Part shown: positions 1 through 8,619 of the stretch, one piece after another
Layout: every line of letters starts with the position of its first letter
Numbering within the stretch: position 1 is the stretch's first letter
From: an uncultured Gammaproteobacteria bacterium
Lineage (GTDB): Bacteria; Patescibacteriota; Patescibacteriia; Patescibacteriales; UBA12465
Length of the DNA: 64,000 bases
Reading direction: 5' to 3'
NCBI GenBank assembly: GCA_964466835.1
Contig: CAYXNV010000002.1
Location: 3,779-67,778 of the forward strand
Program-made: the position numbers and the translations under genes
Notes under the pieces: generated by a model
Database searches by the model: none
The model's input: only the letters and a program-made list of their open reading frames with translations
What the model was told of the DNA's origin: nothing

Positions 1-204
1 ACTGAGGCTGGTATTGAAGTATTATATGATGATCGTGATATCTCAGCTGGTGAAAAATTTGCTGATGCTGATTTAATCGGTTGTCCCTATCGTCTAGTTA
101 TTAGTCAAAAGACTTTAGCTGAAGATAGCGCAGAAATAAAGAAAAGAGATAATGAGAAGACAGAATTAATTAAATTAACTGATTTGATCGCTAAACTAAA
201 ATAA
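1..204 (+). CDS. C-terminal fragment of a class II aminoacyl-tRNA synthetase (anticodon-binding domain, ProRS-like); 5' end lies outside the window
   Basis: Frame-1 translation ...YDDRDISAGEKFADADLIGCPYRLVISQKT... resembles the anticodon-binding C-termini of ProRS/ThrRS/GlyRS; stop TAA at 202-204. Confidence 0.5.
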   Translation, partial: TEAGIEVLYDDRDISAGEKFADADLIGCPYRLVISQKTLAEDSAEIKKRDNEKTELIKLTDLIAKLK

Positions 205-207
205 TTT

Positions 208-1248
208 ATGTTTGCTAAATTTCTAGGAAAATTCAGTCATGATTTAGGAATTGATTTAGGTACTAAGAATACCTTAGTTCATGTTGCTGACAAAGGGATT
301 ATTGCTAATGAACCAAGTGTAGTAGCGATTAATAAACGAACTAATGAAATATTAGAAGTTGGTGAAGCGGCTCGAAAAATGGTTGGTAAAACCCCTGGTC
401 ATATTAGCGCTATTAAGCCTTTAGTTGATGGGGTTATTTCTGATTTTGAAGTAACGGAAAAAATGTTAAAGTATTTTATTAACAAAGTTCATAGCGAGAA
501 TTTTTCTTTAATCCCTAGACCGCGAGTAGTGATTGGCATCCCTTTAGATTTAACAGAAGTAGAGAAAAAAGCAGTTGAAGATGCAGCTAAATCTGCTGGC
601 GTGCGTAAGGTTTATTTAATTGAAGAAGCAATGGCAGCTGCCATTGGTGCCCGCCTGCCAGTAACTGAAGCTACCGCCACGATGATGGTTGATATTGGTG
701 GTGGCACGACTGAAATTGCGGTTATCTCTTTAGGTGGTGTAGTAACTTGGAAATCTTTAAAAGCAGCTGGCAATGAATTTGATAATAATATTATTGAATA
801 TATTAGAGAAGAATTTAATATTTTAATTGGCGAACAATTAGCGGAAAATATTAAAGTTAATATTGGTTCAGCTGTTCCCTTGGATGAACCTCAAGAAATT
901 GAAGTTAGGGGTCGAGATTTAATCACTGGTTTGCCTAAGGCTATTATTGTTAGTGATAAACAAATTCGCGATGCCCTCAATCGAACTACTGCTAAAATTA
1001 TTGAGAATATAAAAACAATTTTAGAAACTACTCCACCAGAGTTAGTATCTGATATTTATGAGCGCGGTCTATATCTTTCCGGTGGTGGCGCTTTATTACG
1101 TGGTTTAGATAAAGCTATTTCAGTGGCAGCTAAGGTGCCGGTTAAAATTGTTGATGATCCCTTGACTTGCGTCGCTAGAGGAACTGGTATTTTATTAAAT
1201 GATAAAGAACTATTGGATAAGGTTGTATTAGCCAATAGTCAAGAATAA
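208..1248 (+). CDS. mreB: Rod-shape-determining actin homologue MreB
   Basis: Actin-fold motifs DLGTxNT, DIGGGTT and LSGGGALL; sits directly upstream of mreC/mreD. Confidence 0.9.
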   Translation: MFAKFLGKFSHDLGIDLGTKNTLVHVADKGIIANEPSVVAINKRTNEILEVGEAARKMVGKTPGHISAIKPLVDGVISDFEVTEKMLKYFINKVHSENFSLIPRPRVVIGIPLDLTEVEKKAVEDAAKSAGVRKVYLIEEAMAAAIGARLPVTEATATMMVDIGGGTTEIAVISLGGVVTWKSLKAAGNEFDNNIIEYIREEFNILIGEQLAENIKVNIGSAVPLDEPQEIEVRGRDLITGLPKAIIVSDKQIRDALNRTTAKIIENIKTILETTPPELVSDIYERGLYLSGGGALLRGLDKAISVAAKVPVKIVDDPLTCVARGTGILLNDKELLDKVVLANSQE

Positions 1249-1262
1249 TTTAAATAGTAGCT

Positions 1263-2075
1263 ATGATTAAGATCAAAAAGAATAATCCATTTATTGTTTT
1301 TTTAGTAGTTTTAGGGCTACTTGTTTTTTTACATGGGGTTGGAATTTTACGTCCTCTAGAGAATTTTTTACTTTTTTCAATAAAACCTATTAGTGGCCAA
1401 TTATATAATCAAGGGACAAGTTTTAGTTTTTCCTATAAAGAACAACGAGAAAAAGAAGAATTAATAGGGAAGATTAATGAACTCACTAAAGAAGTGGAAA
1501 GATTGACAGTTGCTAATTCTAATTGGCAAGAGATAGATAAAGAGAATAAGAAGTTGAGGCAATTATTAAATTTTTCTAATTCTAATCAATTACAAACAAT
1601 TTTAGCGCAAATAATTGCCAAAGAATCTTTGTCTGATGTTAATGATGAAGAGAGAGATATCATTCTTAATAAAGGTGAGAAAGATGGTCTTCGTCCTGGT
1701 CTAGCGGTTATTAGTGAAGAGGGAGCAATTGTTGGCAAAATAATTGAGACTAAAAGATCAACTGCTAAAGCTTGTTTAGTTACTAGTCGGGGTTGTCGTT
1801 TAGCAGCTACAATTCAAAATCAAGCTCAAACAATTGGCCTGACTGAAGGCGACCTAGGATTAACAGTTAAAATGAATTATATTCCCCAATCAGAAACAGT
1901 TTCATTGGATAATATTGTAATTACCTCTGGCTTAGGGGAAAACATTCCTCAGGGATTAGTAATTGGCAAGATTACAGTAGTTAATAGTGAGAGTAATGAA
2001 GTTTGGCAGAGTGCAACCATTGAACCTTTAGTTAATTTTAATAATTTAACTTTAGTGTCAGTTGTTTTACCTTAA
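1263..2075 (+). CDS. mreC: Rod-shape-determining protein MreC
   Basis: N-terminal TM helix followed by a coiled-coil and an MreC beta-domain (GLRPGLAVISEEGAIVGKI); position after mreB. Confidence 0.8.
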   Translation: MIKIKKNNPFIVFLVVLGLLVFLHGVGILRPLENFLLFSIKPISGQLYNQGTSFSFSYKEQREKEELIGKINELTKEVERLTVANSNWQEIDKENKKLRQLLNFSNSNQLQTILAQIIAKESLSDVNDEERDIILNKGEKDGLRPGLAVISEEGAIVGKIIETKRSTAKACLVTSRGCRLAATIQNQAQTIGLTEGDLGLTVKMNYIPQSETVSLDNIVITSGLGENIPQGLVIGKITVVNSESNEVWQSATIEPLVNFNNLTLVSVVLP

Positions 2076-2613
2076 TTATATGCGGAAGAGATATCAATTA
2101 ATTATTAGTACCTTTCTAATTGCTTCAATTGCCGCTTTAATTCAATTTTCTTTAATTAGTTCTTGGCCAACTATTTTTAATGAGATTAATTTGGCTCTGA
2201 TAATTTTAATTTTTGCTCTATTCTTTTTTGGTCGCCCCAGTGCTTTACTATTAGCTTTATTCTTTGGTTTTTGGCTTGATTTCTTATCTTTTACTTTTTT
2301 TGGCCTTTATTTAATTTCTTTTTTCTTGGTAGTTTTGATAACTGACAGGATTCTGGGTAATTGGCTAACTAATCGTTCTCTATATTCTTTTTTAACTTTA
2401 ACGATAACAGCCAATATCGTTTATAGTCTTTGCTTTTATTTATTCCTATATTTAAGTCGAGCTGATCGAAATAATTTTTTTCTAGGTGAAAAAAGTTTTT
2501 GGTTAGCTTCTAGTTGGCAAATTATTTGGAGTCTTTTAGCTGCTTTATTATTATTTAATTTAGCCGCTGCTCTCACCAAGAAGTTAAAGCCATTCTTTTT
2601 GGAAAATAAATAG
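2062..2613 (+). CDS. mreD: Rod-shape-determining protein MreD-like polytopic membrane protein
   Basis: About 5 TM segments; overlaps the mreC stop; canonical mreBCD order. Confidence 0.6.
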   Translation: MFYLNYMRKRYQLIISTFLIASIAALIQFSLISSWPTIFNEINLALIILIFALFFFGRPSALLLALFFGFWLDFLSFTFFGLYLISFFLVVLITDRILGNWLTNRSLYSFLTLTITANIVYSLCFYLFLYLSRADRNNFFLGEKSFWLASSWQIIWSLLAALLLFNLAAALTKKLKPFFLENK

Positions 2614-2649
2614 ATTTTATGGTATTATAATCGATATAAATATACATAT

Positions 2650-3624
2650 ATGACCTATAATTTTATTACAATCGGCGGAGCCACTCAAGATATTTCTTTT
2701 TTTACTAATGAGGGTGTTTTAATTGATAATCCGGGTGATGTTCTTCGTCAAGAATTATTAGCGTTTGAATATGGCGCTAAGATTAGAGTTGATAAATTTA
2801 ACTACACTTTTGGTGGTGGTGGCTCTAATACAGCTGTTAGTTTAGCTAATTTCAAGTTGAAGACCGCTTGCTTAGCTACTATTGGCAACGATGAAGTTGG
2901 TCGAGCAATTAAAAAGAATTTAGTTGATCGAAAAGTAAAAACAGAATTGCTTAAAGAAAGAAAAGGGGAGCAAAGTGGTTTTTCTTTTGTTTTGATTACT
3001 GACAAAGGTGAAAGAATTATTTTTACTAATCGAGGAGCCAATAGAAATTTATTAATCACTGAAGCTGATCTTAGATCTCTGAAAAAAACTAAAAATATTT
3101 ATATTGCTTCTTTGTCTGGTAAATGGGAAGCTAATTTAAGAAAGATTTTTTCTGTTGTTGGGCCAAAGATTTATTGGAATCCGAGTGAGGCTCAATACTC
3201 AGCTGGTTTAAAGAAACTTGGTAAATTTTTAAAGAAAACGACTGTTTTATCATTAAATAAAGATGAAGCAATTGAATTAGTTTTGAGTGATAGTAAATAT
3301 AAAAAAGCTACTAGTAAATTTTTGAATGATGTTGAAAATTTATTGAGAATTCTTAAAAGCTATGGCCCTGAAATGGTCGTAATAACTTCTGGAAAAAAAG
3401 GAGTTGACGTTTATGACGGTCAAAAATTTTATCACCGCAACATTCTTAAGGAAAAGAAGAGGGTAGATACAACTGGGATTGGTGATTGCTTTAACTCTTC
3501 TTTTGCGGCTGGCCTAGAGATATATGGCAATATCAATAAAGCCCTCACTCTAGCTTTAAAAAATTCAGCTTCTAAGGTTGCTCACTTGGGAGCTCAGAAC
3601 GGACTAATTAAATTTAGAAAATAG
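2650..3624 (+). CDS. PfkB-family carbohydrate/nucleoside kinase (ribokinase-like)
   Basis: N-terminal GG motif (TFGGGGSNTAVSLA) and C-terminal DTTGIGDCF anion-hole motif typical of the pfkB family. Confidence 0.75.
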   Translation: MTYNFITIGGATQDISFFTNEGVLIDNPGDVLRQELLAFEYGAKIRVDKFNYTFGGGGSNTAVSLANFKLKTACLATIGNDEVGRAIKKNLVDRKVKTELLKERKGEQSGFSFVLITDKGERIIFTNRGANRNLLITEADLRSLKKTKNIYIASLSGKWEANLRKIFSVVGPKIYWNPSEAQYSAGLKKLGKFLKKTTVLSLNKDEAIELVLSDSKYKKATSKFLNDVENLLRILKSYGPEMVVITSGKKGVDVYDGQKFYHRNILKEKKRVDTTGIGDCFNSSFAAGLEIYGNINKALTLALKNSASKVAHLGAQNGLIKFRK

Positions 3625-3625
3625 T

Positions 3626-4078
3626 ATGATTAAGGGAGTAGTGGTAAGAAAATTAGAAAAATATGATGATGATCGTGGTTGGCTAACGGAAATATTTCGT
3701 CAGGATGAATTAGAATTTAATCCCGCCATGGCCTATGTTAGCTCAACTAAACCCGGGGTTATCCGTGGCCCCCATGAACATGTTGAGCAAAGTGATTGCT
3801 TTATTTTTATCGGCCCTGGCTCGTTCAAACTCTACCTTTGGGATCGACGAGAAAATTCTGAAACTAAGGATGAAAAAATGGAGATTGAAGCTGGTGAAAA
3901 TAATCCCAGCTTAGTGATAGTGCCACCAGGAGTTGTTCATGGCTATAAATGTATTTCCGAAGTGTCTGGTTGGTGTATTAATTTGCCTAATAAATTATAT
4001 AAAGGCGAGGGGAAAAAAGAAGAGATTGATGAAATAAGGTGGGAAGATAAAACAGATTCTCCTTATAAAATAGAATAA
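3626..4078 (+). CDS. Short dTDP-4-dehydrorhamnose 3,5-epimerase (RmlC)-like cupin
   Basis: Matches RmlC blocks: DDRGWLTEIFR, GVIRGPHEH, VPPGVVHGY and IRWED; only 150 aa; adjacent to rmlB. Confidence 0.6.
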   Translation: MIKGVVVRKLEKYDDDRGWLTEIFRQDELEFNPAMAYVSSTKPGVIRGPHEHVEQSDCFIFIGPGSFKLYLWDRRENSETKDEKMEIEAGENNPSLVIVPPGVVHGYKCISEVSGWCINLPNKLYKGEGKKEEIDEIRWEDKTDSPYKIE

Positions 4079-4079
4079 T

Positions 4080-4481
4080 ATGTGTATATTTTGCCAAATT
4101 ATTGAAGGGAAGCTACCATCTCATAAGGTATATGAAGATGATAAAGTTTTAGCTTTTCTAGATATTTATCCTATTACTCCAGGGCATGTTTTAGTAATTC
4201 CCAAAAAACACTATCAAAATTTAGAAGAAATTCCTGATGATGAGTTAGCCCATTTAATGTCAATTGTAAAGAAAATTGGTTTAATGATGAAAGAAAATTT
4301 AGGTGTAATTGGTTATAATGTTTGCGAAAACAATGATCCAATCGCTGGTCAGGCCATTCCTCATCTTCATTTTCATGTTGTGCCTCGCACCGAGGGTGAT
4401 GGTTTACATTCTTGGCCCCAAAATGGTTATGAAGTTGGTGAAGCTGAAGATATGTTAGTGAAAATAAAAGGGAAAAAATAG
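4080..4481 (+). CDS. HIT-family (histidine triad) nucleotide hydrolase
   Basis: Histidine triad HLHFHVVPR; size and fold are consistent with HINT. Confidence 0.8.
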   Translation: MCIFCQIIEGKLPSHKVYEDDKVLAFLDIYPITPGHVLVIPKKHYQNLEEIPDDELAHLMSIVKKIGLMMKENLGVIGYNVCENNDPIAGQAIPHLHFHVVPRTEGDGLHSWPQNGYEVGEAEDMLVKIKGKK

Positions 4482-4482
4482 T

Positions 4483-5448
4483 ATGAAAATATTAGTAACT
4501 GGTGGAGCTGGTTTTATCGGCTCCAACTTTATTCATTATTGGTTAAAAAAATATCCAGAAGATAAAATAATTAATCTGGATTTTTTAACCTATGCTGGCA
4601 ATCTAGATAATCTCAAAGAAATTGAAAATAATTCTAATTATGAATTTGTTAAAGGTAATATTACTGATGAAAAATTGGTTGATAATTTAGTTAAGGATGT
4701 TGATCTAATTGTTCATTTTGCAGCTGAAAGTCATGTTGATCGTTCAATTAAAGATAGTGCTGATTTTATTCATACTAATGTTGATGGTACCCGAGTATTG
4801 TTAGAAGCAGCTCGTAAAAATGGCAATATTCGTTTTCATCATATTTCAACTGACGAAGTATTTGGATCGTTGGAACTTAATGATGAAAAATTTAATGAAA
4901 TAACTCCTTATGATCCGCGTTCTCCCTATAGCGCCTCTAAGGCCGGAGCTGATCATTTAGTTCGAGCCTATTATCATACCCATAAACTACCAATTACTAT
5001 TTCTAATTGTTCTAATAATTATGGTCGCTATCAATATCCTGAAAAATTAATTCCTTTATTCATAACTAATTTAATGGAAGGGAAAAAAGTGCCAGTCTAT
5101 GGGGAGGGGAAGAATATTAGAGACTGGATTCATGTTGATGATCATAATCGTGGAGTTGATTTTATTATTAAAAAGGGAAAAATTGGTGAAACATATTGTT
5201 TGGGTGGCAATACGGAAAAAACTAATTTAGAGATTACCAAAGAAATTCTGAAATTAATGGATCAAGGAGAAGAAATGATTGAGTATGTGACTGATCGACT
5301 TGGTCATGATTTACGTTATTCAATTGATTTCTCCAAAGTTAAGCAAGAATTAGGTTGGGAACCACAAATTGATTTTACCGCTGGCCTCAAAGAGGTGATT
5401 GAATGGTATCAAAACAATAAATGGTGGTGGGAAAAATTAAAGAAATAA
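4483..5448 (+). CDS. rmlB: dTDP-glucose 4,6-dehydratase
   Basis: Rossmann motif TGGAGFIGSN, YxxxK catalytic motif (YSASKAGAD), and an extended SDR fold typical of RmlB/RfbB. Confidence 0.85.
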   Translation: MKILVTGGAGFIGSNFIHYWLKKYPEDKIINLDFLTYAGNLDNLKEIENNSNYEFVKGNITDEKLVDNLVKDVDLIVHFAAESHVDRSIKDSADFIHTNVDGTRVLLEAARKNGNIRFHHISTDEVFGSLELNDEKFNEITPYDPRSPYSASKAGADHLVRAYYHTHKLPITISNCSNNYGRYQYPEKLIPLFITNLMEGKKVPVYGEGKNIRDWIHVDDHNRGVDFIIKKGKIGETYCLGGNTEKTNLEITKEILKLMDQGEEMIEYVTDRLGHDLRYSIDFSKVKQELGWEPQIDFTAGLKEVIEWYQNNKWWWEKLKK

Positions 5449-5464
5449 ATTATTTATTAAATAT

Positions 5465-5818
5465 ATGGGTATAAAAATTGAATTCAATCCAGATCTTGCT
5501 TTAAGAAATATTTCTGAATTCAAGAATGGTAATAGGGGTATTGAAGAGTGCATTCCAGAGAATCTTGAGGAAGGAAAGATATATCCTTTTTTAAAAAAGG
5601 AACAGAGAAATTATTGGCTTCATGGAGAGGTGCCGTTAATAGAAACAAAAGGCAATGAGGTTCTTTCTCGTCCTAAGGCCAGTATAATTATTTTAGAAAC
5701 AACTCATTTTATAGATAATAATGAAATTTATACTAAAGGTCTATATAAAATCGTTGAAATTTTTAACGATGACAATATTCATTTTGAATGTTTTGACCCA
5801 GTGGGGAAAAGAGAATAA
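5465..5818 (+). CDS. Hypothetical protein
   Basis: ORF with native composition; no recognisable motif. Confidence 0.4.
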   Translation: MGIKIEFNPDLALRNISEFKNGNRGIEECIPENLEEGKIYPFLKKEQRNYWLHGEVPLIETKGNEVLSRPKASIIILETTHFIDNNEIYTKGLYKIVEIFNDDNIHFECFDPVGKRE

Positions 5819-5837
5819 ATATTATTAAGTTAAACAT

Positions 5838-6254
5838 ATGAAGACTAAAAAAATTTTTATCATTGAAGACGATGTTAATATTCTCTATGGTCTTGAAGGC
5901 CAATTTAGCGCTGGTGACTTTGAAATAGAAACCAGTGAAGGAGATGAAGAGTTGGAGGAAATTATGGATCGTCTCAGAGATTACGCCCCTGATTACATTA
6001 TCTTAGATCTAATTTTGCCCAAGCTTGATGGTTTTGAGATTGTTAGGAAGATAAAGGAGGATGGTGAATTGAGCGATAAGGAAATTTTTATCTTCACTGA
6101 TTTAAGTGATGAAGATAGTCGTCAACGTAGCTTGGAATTAGGAGCTGATTATTTCTTCTTTAAAGAGGAATTTGACACCTTTGAATTTGCTGAAAAGGTA
6201 AAGAAAATAGTGGTTAATGAGGACAGGGGAGATGGCCTAGATGAAGAAGAATAG
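5838..6254 (+). CDS. Stand-alone CheY-like response-regulator receiver domain with an acidic C-tail
   Basis: IIEDD acidic pocket, phospho-acceptor in YIILDLILPKLDG, conserved Thr (IFTDL) and Lys (FFFKEEF); no output domain and no kinase nearby. Confidence 0.75.
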   Translation: MKTKKIFIIEDDVNILYGLEGQFSAGDFEIETSEGDEELEEIMDRLRDYAPDYIILDLILPKLDGFEIVRKIKEDGELSDKEIFIFTDLSDEDSRQRSLELGADYFFFKEEFDTFEFAEKVKKIVVNEDRGDGLDEEE

Positions 6255-6316
6255 GGTCAATAATTGACTAAACGGGCTAAACATACTAAGATAGATTAGT
6301 GATTTAGCTTTTATTT

Positions 6317-7324
6317 ATGTTTATCAAAAGAATCGGGATTGATCTCGGAACAACCTATACTTTAGTCCACTTACCTAAACGAGGTATCGTTATTAACGAA
6401 CCAAGTGTGGTAGCTGTTTCTATTGATGATAAAAAGATTTTAGCAGTTGGCAACGAAGCTAAAGATATGATTGGTCGCACTCCAGACACTATTACAGCGG
6501 TTAAACCTTTAAAAGATGGAGTAATTGCTGATTATAAAGCGACTGAAGCTATGATTCGTTATTTTATCAATAAAACTTTAGGTGGTATTCGTTTGTTTCG
6601 ACCTGAAGTAATGGTGGCTGTTCCGGCTGGGATTTCTTCAACTGAAAGACGAGCAGTAATTGAAGCTACTATTGCCGCTGGCGCTAAAGCCGCTTACATT
6701 ATTAAAGAGCCAGTAGCGGCTGCTATCGGGGCTGATATTCCAATTGGCTCTACCACTGGACACATGGTGGTTGATATTGGTGGTGGTACGGCTGAAATGG
6801 CAGTTATTTCTTTGGGTGGAATCGTTGCTTCCACTTCAGTTAGGGTTGGTGGTAATAAATTTGACGCTGCTATTCTAGAATATATTCGTAAAAAATATAA
6901 TTTAGCAATTGGTGAGAGAACAGCCGAAGAAATAAAAATCAATATTGGTTCAGCTCTATTTATGGAAGATAAGTTACATTTAGAAATTCGGGGACGAGAT
7001 ATTGTTACTGGTTTGCCTCGTAGTATTACTGTTTCCAGCGATGATGTTACGGAAGCAATTCAGAATGAACTAGAAGCAATTATTTCTTCCATTAAAAAGG
7101 TTTTACAAAAAACTCCACCAGAATTATCAGCTGATATTATGGATAAAGGGATTGTTCTAACCGGTGGTAGTGCTTTATTGAGAAATATTGATCAATTAGT
7201 TTCACGAACAACTGGTGTGCCGGCTTATGTAGCTGATGATGCCATGCTATGTGTAGCCAAGGGAACTGGCATTGCTTTAGAAAACCTTAACTCATACAAG
7301 AGAAGCATTCTAGCAACTAAATAA
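6317..7324 (+). CDS. mreB: Second MreB paralogue
   Basis: Full actin-like MreB fold ([25 protein letters not shown]); separate from the mreBCD locus. Confidence 0.9.
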   Translation: MFIKRIGIDLGTTYTLVHLPKRGIVINEPSVVAVSIDDKKILAVGNEAKDMIGRTPDTITAVKPLKDGVIADYKATEAMIRYFINKTLGGIRLFRPEVMVAVPAGISSTERRAVIEATIAAGAKAAYIIKEPVAAAIGADIPIGSTTGHMVVDIGGGTAEMAVISLGGIVASTSVRVGGNKFDAAILEYIRKKYNLAIGERTAEEIKINIGSALFMEDKLHLEIRGRDIVTGLPRSITVSSDDVTEAIQNELEAIISSIKKVLQKTPPELSADIMDKGIVLTGGSALLRNIDQLVSRTTGVPAYVADDAMLCVAKGTGIALENLNSYKRSILATK

Positions 7325-7333
7325 ATAATTTTG

Positions 7334-7366
7334 ATAACCGGAACCTTAATAGGGCCGGTTATTTGT
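7334..7366 (+). terminator. Weak hairpin (8-bp stem, 13-nt loop) after mreB2
   Basis: ataaccgg...ccggttat inverted repeat followed by ttgtatat. Confidence 0.3.
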
Positions 7367-7370
7367 ATAT

Positions 7371-8579
7371 ATGACCATTGGAATAGACGCTTCGCGAGCA
7401 AATTTAAAACATAAAACTGGTACCGAATGGTATTCTTTTTATGTTATTGAAAATTTAGCCATATTGGATAAGAAAAATAAATATATTCTCTATGTTAATC
7501 AGCCAGTTTCTGATGATTTAAAGCAGGCAGTTGCTAACAACCCTAATTTTTCTTTTAAAGTTTTAGAGTGGCCATTTAATTTCTTTTGGACGCTTGGTCG
7601 CTTATCTTTAGAAATGATTTTTCGTCGTCCCGATGTTTTATTTGTACCTGCTCATACTTTACCCCTAATTCGACCCAAGAAAACCATTACTACTATTCAT
7701 GATATTGCCTTTGCCCGCGAGTCTAATCTCTATCGCCATGAAACAGCCAAAACGAATGTTAAGCTTTTCAAAGGATTTATTAATGTTTTGGTAAAAGTAA
7801 TGACCAGAGGGAAATATCGCTCTAATTCAATTGATTATTTACACTGGTCAACTGCTTTTGCTCTACGAAAAGCCAAAAAAATAATTACCGTTTCCAATTT
7901 CACCAAAGAAGAAGTTCTCAGGGTCTACCCTGAAGCTAAAAAAGATAATATTGTTGTTATTCATAACGGTTATAGTAGTGATTATCGTAAAATTGATGAT
8001 AAAAAGGAAATTAATAGGGTTTTAGAACGCTATGGCATTGAAGCCCCGTACTTTCTCTATGTCGGCCGTTTAGAGAAAAAGAAAAACTCTCCCTATTTAA
8101 TTGAAGCTTTTTCTATTCTCAAAGAAAATCACCCTGAACTCAAAGAAAAGTTAGTTCTAATTGGCAATGCTGGCTTCGGCTATGATGAAGCCAAATATGT
8201 GATTGAAGAATTTAATTTAAATCAGGAAGTTTATATGCCTGGTTGGATCAAGGAAGAAGATTTGCCTCATATCTTTAATGGTGCTAGTGCCTTTGTTTTT
8301 CCTAGTCGTCATGAAGGATTTGGCATTCCAGTAATTCAAGCTTTAGCCTGTGGTCTGCCAACCACCGCTTCAAGTCTAACTGTTTTCAAGGAGGTTGTTG
8401 GTGATTCACTTCTGTATTTTGATCAAAATAATAAACGGGATATTGCTCGAGCTATGCATAAAATCGTTAGTGATGATAAGTTAAGGGAAGATTTGATTAA
8501 AAAAGGATTGGAAAGAGTTAAGCAATTTAATTGGAAAAAATGTGCTCAAGAGACTTTACGAGAGATAGAAAATCTATAG
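7371..8579 (+). CDS. Glycosyltransferase family 4 (GT-B)
   Basis: C-terminal EGFGIPVIQALACGLP motif of the GT4/GT1 retaining transferases. Confidence 0.8.
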   Translation: MTIGIDASRANLKHKTGTEWYSFYVIENLAILDKKNKYILYVNQPVSDDLKQAVANNPNFSFKVLEWPFNFFWTLGRLSLEMIFRRPDVLFVPAHTLPLIRPKKTITTIHDIAFARESNLYRHETAKTNVKLFKGFINVLVKVMTRGKYRSNSIDYLHWSTAFALRKAKKIITVSNFTKEEVLRVYPEAKKDNIVVIHNGYSSDYRKIDDKKEINRVLERYGIEAPYFLYVGRLEKKKNSPYLIEAFSILKENHPELKEKLVLIGNAGFGYDEAKYVIEEFNLNQEVYMPGWIKEEDLPHIFNGASAFVFPSRHEGFGIPVIQALACGLPTTASSLTVFKEVVGDSLLYFDQNNKRDIARAMHKIVSDDKLREDLIKKGLERVKQFNWKKCAQETLREIENL

Positions 8580-8619
8580 GTTTTATAAAAATTATGAAAT
8601 GTGATATTATAAGGATGTT

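Noticed and set aside
2802-3059. 85-aa minus-strand ORF inside the pfkB kinase gene
   Set aside because: Fully nested antisense to a gene with clear family motifs. The same reasoning applies to 6694-6942(-), 12962-13180(+), 17731-17940(+), 18659-18871(-), 39521-39820(+), 40047-40277(-), 42451-42651(-), 42756-43124(-), 43529-43861(-), 44388-44570(-), 47749-47958(-), 48059-48280(-), 55080-55340(-), 55852-56064(+), 56620-56802(-), 58224-58412(-), 61935-62477(-), 35390-35611(-), 37295-37483(-), 41702-41908(-), 41930-42178(-), 24792-24989(-), 10588-10794(-), 21021-21212(-), 21924-22136(+), 33076-33303(+) and 49195-49428(-).
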